A stretch of 36,525 nt of DNA. Source: Octopus sinensis (Eukaryota). Shown one piece after another: positions 31,901 through 36,525 of the stretch. A program made the position numbers and the translations under genes. The stretch's first letter is position 1, and the number at the start of each line of letters is the position of its first letter. The DNA lies in contig NW_021826251.1 of assembly GCF_006345805.1 (NCBI RefSeq), forward strand, positions 1-36,525. Direction: 5' to 3'. The notes under the pieces were generated by a model. The model was not told the DNA's origin. It searched no databases and saw only the letters and a program-made list of their open reading frames with translations.

Positions 31901-34226
31901 ATCATCATCATCATCATTTAACGTCCGCATTCCATGCTAGCATGAGTTGGACGATTTGACTGAGGTCTGGCAAACCAGACTCCAATCTGATCTGGCAGAT
32001 GTCAGGGAAATTGCAACCAACAAAATATCATCATTGTTTAGCGTCCTCATTCCATGCTAGCATGGGTTGGACGATTTGACTGAGGTTTTGGCAAACCAGA
32101 CTCCAATCTGATCTGGCAGATGTCAGGGAAATTGCAACCAACAAAATATCATCATTGTTTAGCGTCCGCTTTCCATGCTGGCATGGGTTGGACGATTTGA
32201 CTGAGGTCTGGCAAACCAGACTCCAATCTGATCTGGCAGATGTCAGGGAAATTGCAACCAACAAAATATCATCATTGTTTAGCGTCCGCTTTCCATGCTG
32301 GCATGGGTTGGACGATTTGACTGAGGTTTTGGCAAACCAGACTCCAATCTGATCTGGCAGATGTCAGGGAAATTGCAACCAAAAAAATATCATCATTGTT
32401 TAGCGTCCTCATTCCATGCTAGCATGGGTTGGACGATTTGACTGAGGTTTTGGCAAACCAGACTCCAATCTGATCTGGCAGATGTCAGGGAAATTGCAAC
32501 CAACAAAATATCATCATTGTTAGCGTCCGCTTTCCATGCGGCATGGGTTGGACGATTTGACTGAGGTCTGGCAACCAGACTCCAATCTGATCTGGCAGAT
32601 GTCAGGGAAATTGCAACCAACAAAATATCATCATTGTTTAGCGTCCGCTTTCCATGCTGGCATGGGTTGGACGATTTGACTGAGGTTTTGGCAAACCAGA
32701 CTCCAATCTGATCTGGCAGATGTCAGGGAAATTGCAACCAACAAAATATCATCATTGTTTAGCGTCCGCTTTCCATGCTGGCATGGGTTGACGATTTGAC
32801 TGAGGTCTGGCAAACCAGACTCCAATCGATCTGGCAGATGTCAGGAAATTGCAACCAACAAAATATCATCATTGTTTAGCGTCCGCTTTCCATGCTGGCA
32901 TGGGTTGGACGATTTGACTGAGGTTTTGGCAAACCAGACTCCAATCTGATCTGGCAGATGTCAGGGAAATTGCAACCAACAAAATATCATCATTGTTAGC
33001 GTCCGCTTTCCATGCGGCATGGGTTGGACGATTTGACTGAGGTCTGGCAACCAGACTCCAATCTGATCTGGCAGATGTCAGGGAAATTGCAACCAACAAA
33101 ATATCATCATTGTTTAGCGTCCGCTTTCCATGCTGGCATGGGTTGGACGATTTGACTGAGGTTTTGGCAAACCAGACTCCAATCTGATCTGGCAGATGTC
33201 AGGGAAATTGCAACCAACAAAATATCATCATTGTTTAGCGTCCGCTTTCCATGCTGGCATGGGTTGACGATTTGACTGAGGTCTGGCAAACCAGACTCCA
33301 ATCGATCTGGCAGATGTCAGGAAATTGCAACCAACAAAATATCATCATTGTTTAGCGTCCGCTTTCCATGCTGGCATGGGTTGGACGATTTGACTGAGGT
33401 TTTGGCAAACCAGACTCCAATCTGATCTGGCAGATGTCAGGGAAATTGCAACCAACAAAATATCATCATTGTTTAGCGTCCGCTTTCCATGCTGGCATGG
33501 GTTGGACGATTTGACTGAGGTCTGGCAAACCAGACTCCAATCTGATCTGGCAGATGTCAGGGAAATTGCAACCAACAAAATATCATCATTGTTTAGCGTC
33601 CGCTTTCCATGCTAGCATGGGTTGGACGATTTGACTGAGGTCTGGCAAACCAGACTCCAATCTGATCTGGCAGATGTCAGGGAAATTGCAACCAACAAAA
33701 TATCATCATTGTTTAGCGTCCGCTTTCCATGCTGGCATGGGTTGGACGGTTCAACTGGGGTCTGGGAAGCCAGAAGGCTGCGCCAGTCCCAGTCTGATCT
33801 GGCAATGCTTCTACAGCTGGATGCTCTTCCTAACGCAAGCTATTCCGAGAGTATAGCGGGTGCTTTTACGTGCCACCAGCACGAGGGCCAGTTTGGTGGT
33901 ACTGGAAACGGCCACGCCCAAATGGTGCTTTTTACGTGCCACCTGCACAGGAGCCAGTCAAGCGGCACTGGTGACGACCTCACTCAAATGTTTCACATGT
34001 CACCAGTACAAGTGCTAGTAAGGCGACGCGATAACGATCACGCTTGAATGGTGTGCTTAACATGCCACCGGCATGAAGGCCAGCTTGTTGCTCTGGCAAC
34101 GATCTCACTCGTATGGTACTCTTAGCGGTCCTCTAGCAACGGATTTCACTTGCCTCAACTGGTCTTCGCAAGCAGAGTTTAGCGTCCAATGAAGAAAAGG
34201 CACGCACAAGTGGACTGGTTACACCC
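31901..34226 (-). mobile_element. RTE-type LINE 3'UTR insertion with 20-bp TSD
   Basis: tactgcaatctggttatttc at 31881-31900 and 34227-34246; (CAT)n tail at 31901; body homologous to 19897-21090. Confidence 0.85.
31905..33748. repeat. ~120-bp minisatellite x~15
   Basis: gcgtccgctttccatgctggcatgggttggacgatttgactgagg...atgtcagggaaattgcaaccaacaaaatatcatcattgttta repeated with ~120-bp period. Confidence 0.95.
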
Positions 34227-34264
34227 TACTGCAATCTGGTTATTTCCAGTAATAATTGATTGAC

Positions 34265-34537
34265 TAATAATAATAATAATGAAATTATTGTATACAGTGC
34301 TCAGGTGCACCATAGCTTGTCAGAAAGTCAGAAAACAACACAGCTCCCATGACTTTCGGAAACATTTTTTCACGCTCAGAGTTGCTGAAGCATGGAACAA
34401 ACTGCCTGCGTCAGTTGTTGACTGCCATGACACTGCATCCTTTAAGGCCCTCATGCTTTCTGAAATCCGCCGAAACTACACCTGATTATATATACACTTT
34501 AGATGAGTTGTAGTGCACCTGAGCACTGTACACAATG

Positions 34538-34568
<31 letters not shown>
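34265..34568. mobile_element. CR1/L2-type 3' end (plus) preceded by an inverted terminal fragment
   Basis: KVRKQHSSHDFRKHFFTLRVAEAWNKLP...; aataatgaaattattgtatacagtgctcaggtgcac mirrors gtgcacctgagcactgtacacaat...ttatta. Confidence 0.75.
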
Positions 34569-34899
34569 CCTCAGCAGTCATGACCCATGTTTCACTGCCA
34601 TGTAGCATGGCTGTTCTATCATTATTAAAAACTGTCAGACCCTGTTGCTATTAAGTAGAAGCCAACATTTCACTGTCTCATGCTTCTGAAAAATCTATGA
34701 ACTCATTGCACATATTAAGCTGATTGGTCATCACAGTGACGTAAGTGGAAAGGCCCAGAGAATGAGTGTGTAGTTATTATTAACAACCACTCTATTTATT
34801 GCAAACAGGCACCTACTGTCTATCCGATGAATAAACATTTTATTAATACAAACACCATAGATACCAAATGGGGACATGACTAAGGACAATACTACTACT

Positions 34900-35034
34900 A
34901 CATCATCATTCGTCATTGTTCGACCGTGGTCGAGACAATGGAATTTACTATGTTACGCCAGACTTCACGGTCCATCATAGCATTACGGAGGTCCTGTTGC
35001 TGGATGCCTGTATCCCTGGAGATTACATCAGGGT
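34900..35034 (-). mobile_element. Short RTE-group LINE 3' end
   Basis: YPDVISRDTGIQQQDLRNAMMDREVWRNIVNSIVSTTVEQ* followed by (GAT)n; DRxxWR is a typical RTE terminus. Confidence 0.65.
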
Positions 35035-35360
35035 ACAACTACTACTACTGCTGCTGCTGCTACTACTACCATTACTACTACTACTACTAATGCTGCTGAC
35101 ACCACCACCACTACTATTACTACTATTACCGCTACGACTACTGCTACTACTACTACTACTACTATTACTACTACTACTGCTACTAATACTGCTACTACTA
35201 TTACTACTACTGCTACTACTACTGCTATTACTACTACTATTACTACTACTACTAATATTACTACTACAACTTCTACTATTACTACTACTACTTCTACTAT
35301 TACTACTACTACTTCTACAGCTACTACTATTACTACTACTACCACCACCACCACCACCAA
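35035..35360. repeat. (CTA)n imperfect microsatellite
   Basis: Direct reading. Confidence 0.95.
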
Positions 35361-35666
35361 TACTAGTATTGTATTAAATTACTTTTTCCCTCGTGACAAA
35401 GCAATTAATGTTTCATTTTCTCCAGCTAATAACTCGACTAACGATACTAATTAACTGTACAAAATGACTTCTGGTTGATTATAAGTTTTAACTGCTACAA
35501 ATATGTAAATGAGATTGTTTATCATAATAACTAGAAATTTTATCTTTACCCCGCTTACACACCTTGATATAAAGGTGATTTAATGATACAAGTCTAGACC
35601 TGTTTGATAGGGTTTCAGTGACCTAAAAATGTTTCTCTAGGTGTAATGTGACCCTAATTCAACGAG

Positions 35667-35798
35667 AGTTCGGCAAAAGAGACCGATAGAATAAGTACTG
35701 GGCTTACAAAGAATAGGTCCCGGGGTCGATCTGCTCGACTAAAAGGCGGTGCTCCAGCATGGCCGCAGTCAAATGACTGAAACAAGTAAAAGAAAAGA
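35667..35798 (+). mobile_element. CORE-like SINE 3' module
   Basis: gttcggcaaaagagaccgatag...gactgaaacaagtaaaag. Confidence 0.8.
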
Positions 35799-35839
35799 GA
35801 TATCTGTAGCTGCAGATGGCAGAAGTAATGTAGACACAA

Positions 35840-36223
35840 GTGGAGGCGCAATGGCCCAGTGGTTAGGGCAGCGGACTCGCGGTTTCAATTCCCAGACCGG
35901 GCGTCGTGAGTGTTTATTGAGCGAAAACACCTAAAAAAGCTCCATGAGGCTCCGGCAGGGGATGGTGGTGATCCCTGCTGTACTCTATCACCACAACTTT
36001 CTCTCACTCTTTCTTCCTGTTTCTCTTGTACCTGTATTTCAAAAGGCCGGCCTTGTCACTCTCTGTGTCATGCTGAATATCCCCGAGAACTACGTTAAGG
36101 GTACACGTGTCTGTGGAGTGCTCAGCCACTTACACGTTAATTTCACGAGCAGGCTGTTCCGTTGGTCGGATCAACCAGAACCCTCATCGTCGTAACCGAC
36201 GGAGTGCTTCCATCCATCCATCC
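35840..36223 (+). mobile_element. tRNA-derived SINE, full length
   Basis: 13-bp TSD aatgtagacacaa (35827-35839, 36224-36236); (TCCA)n tail; same family as 145-927. Confidence 0.9.
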
Positions 36224-36258
36224 AATGTAGACACAATGTTATTTTCATTAGAAATGTG

Positions 36259-36525
36259 GGATCTTTTCCGTTTGAACGGCAGTTTTTTCTAGCGGTGTCA
36301 TATGAAATTGTCACCCATAATTATGACCCTAGTATCGATCTATTGCATTTCAATGTTTTAAGGTTAGGTTTGGGGGGAAGGGTATCTTTTTTCTTCACAA
36401 ATGTAAATAAACCCAATCTGTTTCTTAAACGAGGGACATTTTCATACGGCACAGAATGTTTTTTACCTCAACAGACGTCATTGAAATTGCAGAAACTGAA
36501 GAAAAAAAACAACAAATATCTTACA
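36259..36525. mobile_element. Mutator-like MITE, cut by the window edge
   Basis: Begins GGATCTTTTCCGTTTGAACGGCAGTTTTTT; reverse orientation of the 28812-29426 interior. Confidence 0.8.

Noticed and set aside
1750-33748. Regular arrays (270, 61, 183 and 120 bp) as CRISPR arrays
   Set aside because: Whole units repeat with no unique spacers, there are no cas genes, and the context is eukaryotic.

Overview
Eukaryotic, repeat-dominated genomic DNA. The SINE/LINE repertoire and a C2H2 zinc-finger relic are most consistent with an octopus (coleoid cephalopod) genome; this is inference from recognised repeat styles, not a database result. One intact protein-coding gene can be assembled by eye on the minus strand from 8 coding exons, all joined in phase 1 with GT-AG introns: 18338-18296, 16415-16377, 15815-15567, 15088-15050, 12014-11766, 10913-10875, 5022-4774 and 1198-999 (1107 nt, 368 aa). 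It encodes a type I membrane protein with a signal peptide, three non-canonical Ig-like domains (each from a 39-nt + 249-nt exon pair), a TM helix and a short tail with one tyrosine. The rest is tRNA-derived SINEs, RTE- and CR1/L2-type LINE ends, a Penelope-like element with inverted arms, MITEs (piggyBac-, Mutator- and Helitron-like), minisatellite arrays and microsatellites. Several hammerhead-ribozyme motifs are present, most notably one at the apex of a ~340-nt rod-like foldback element (28272-28612). There is no CRISPR array and no prokaryotic content. Repeat boundaries are approximate unless a TSD or splice site is quoted.
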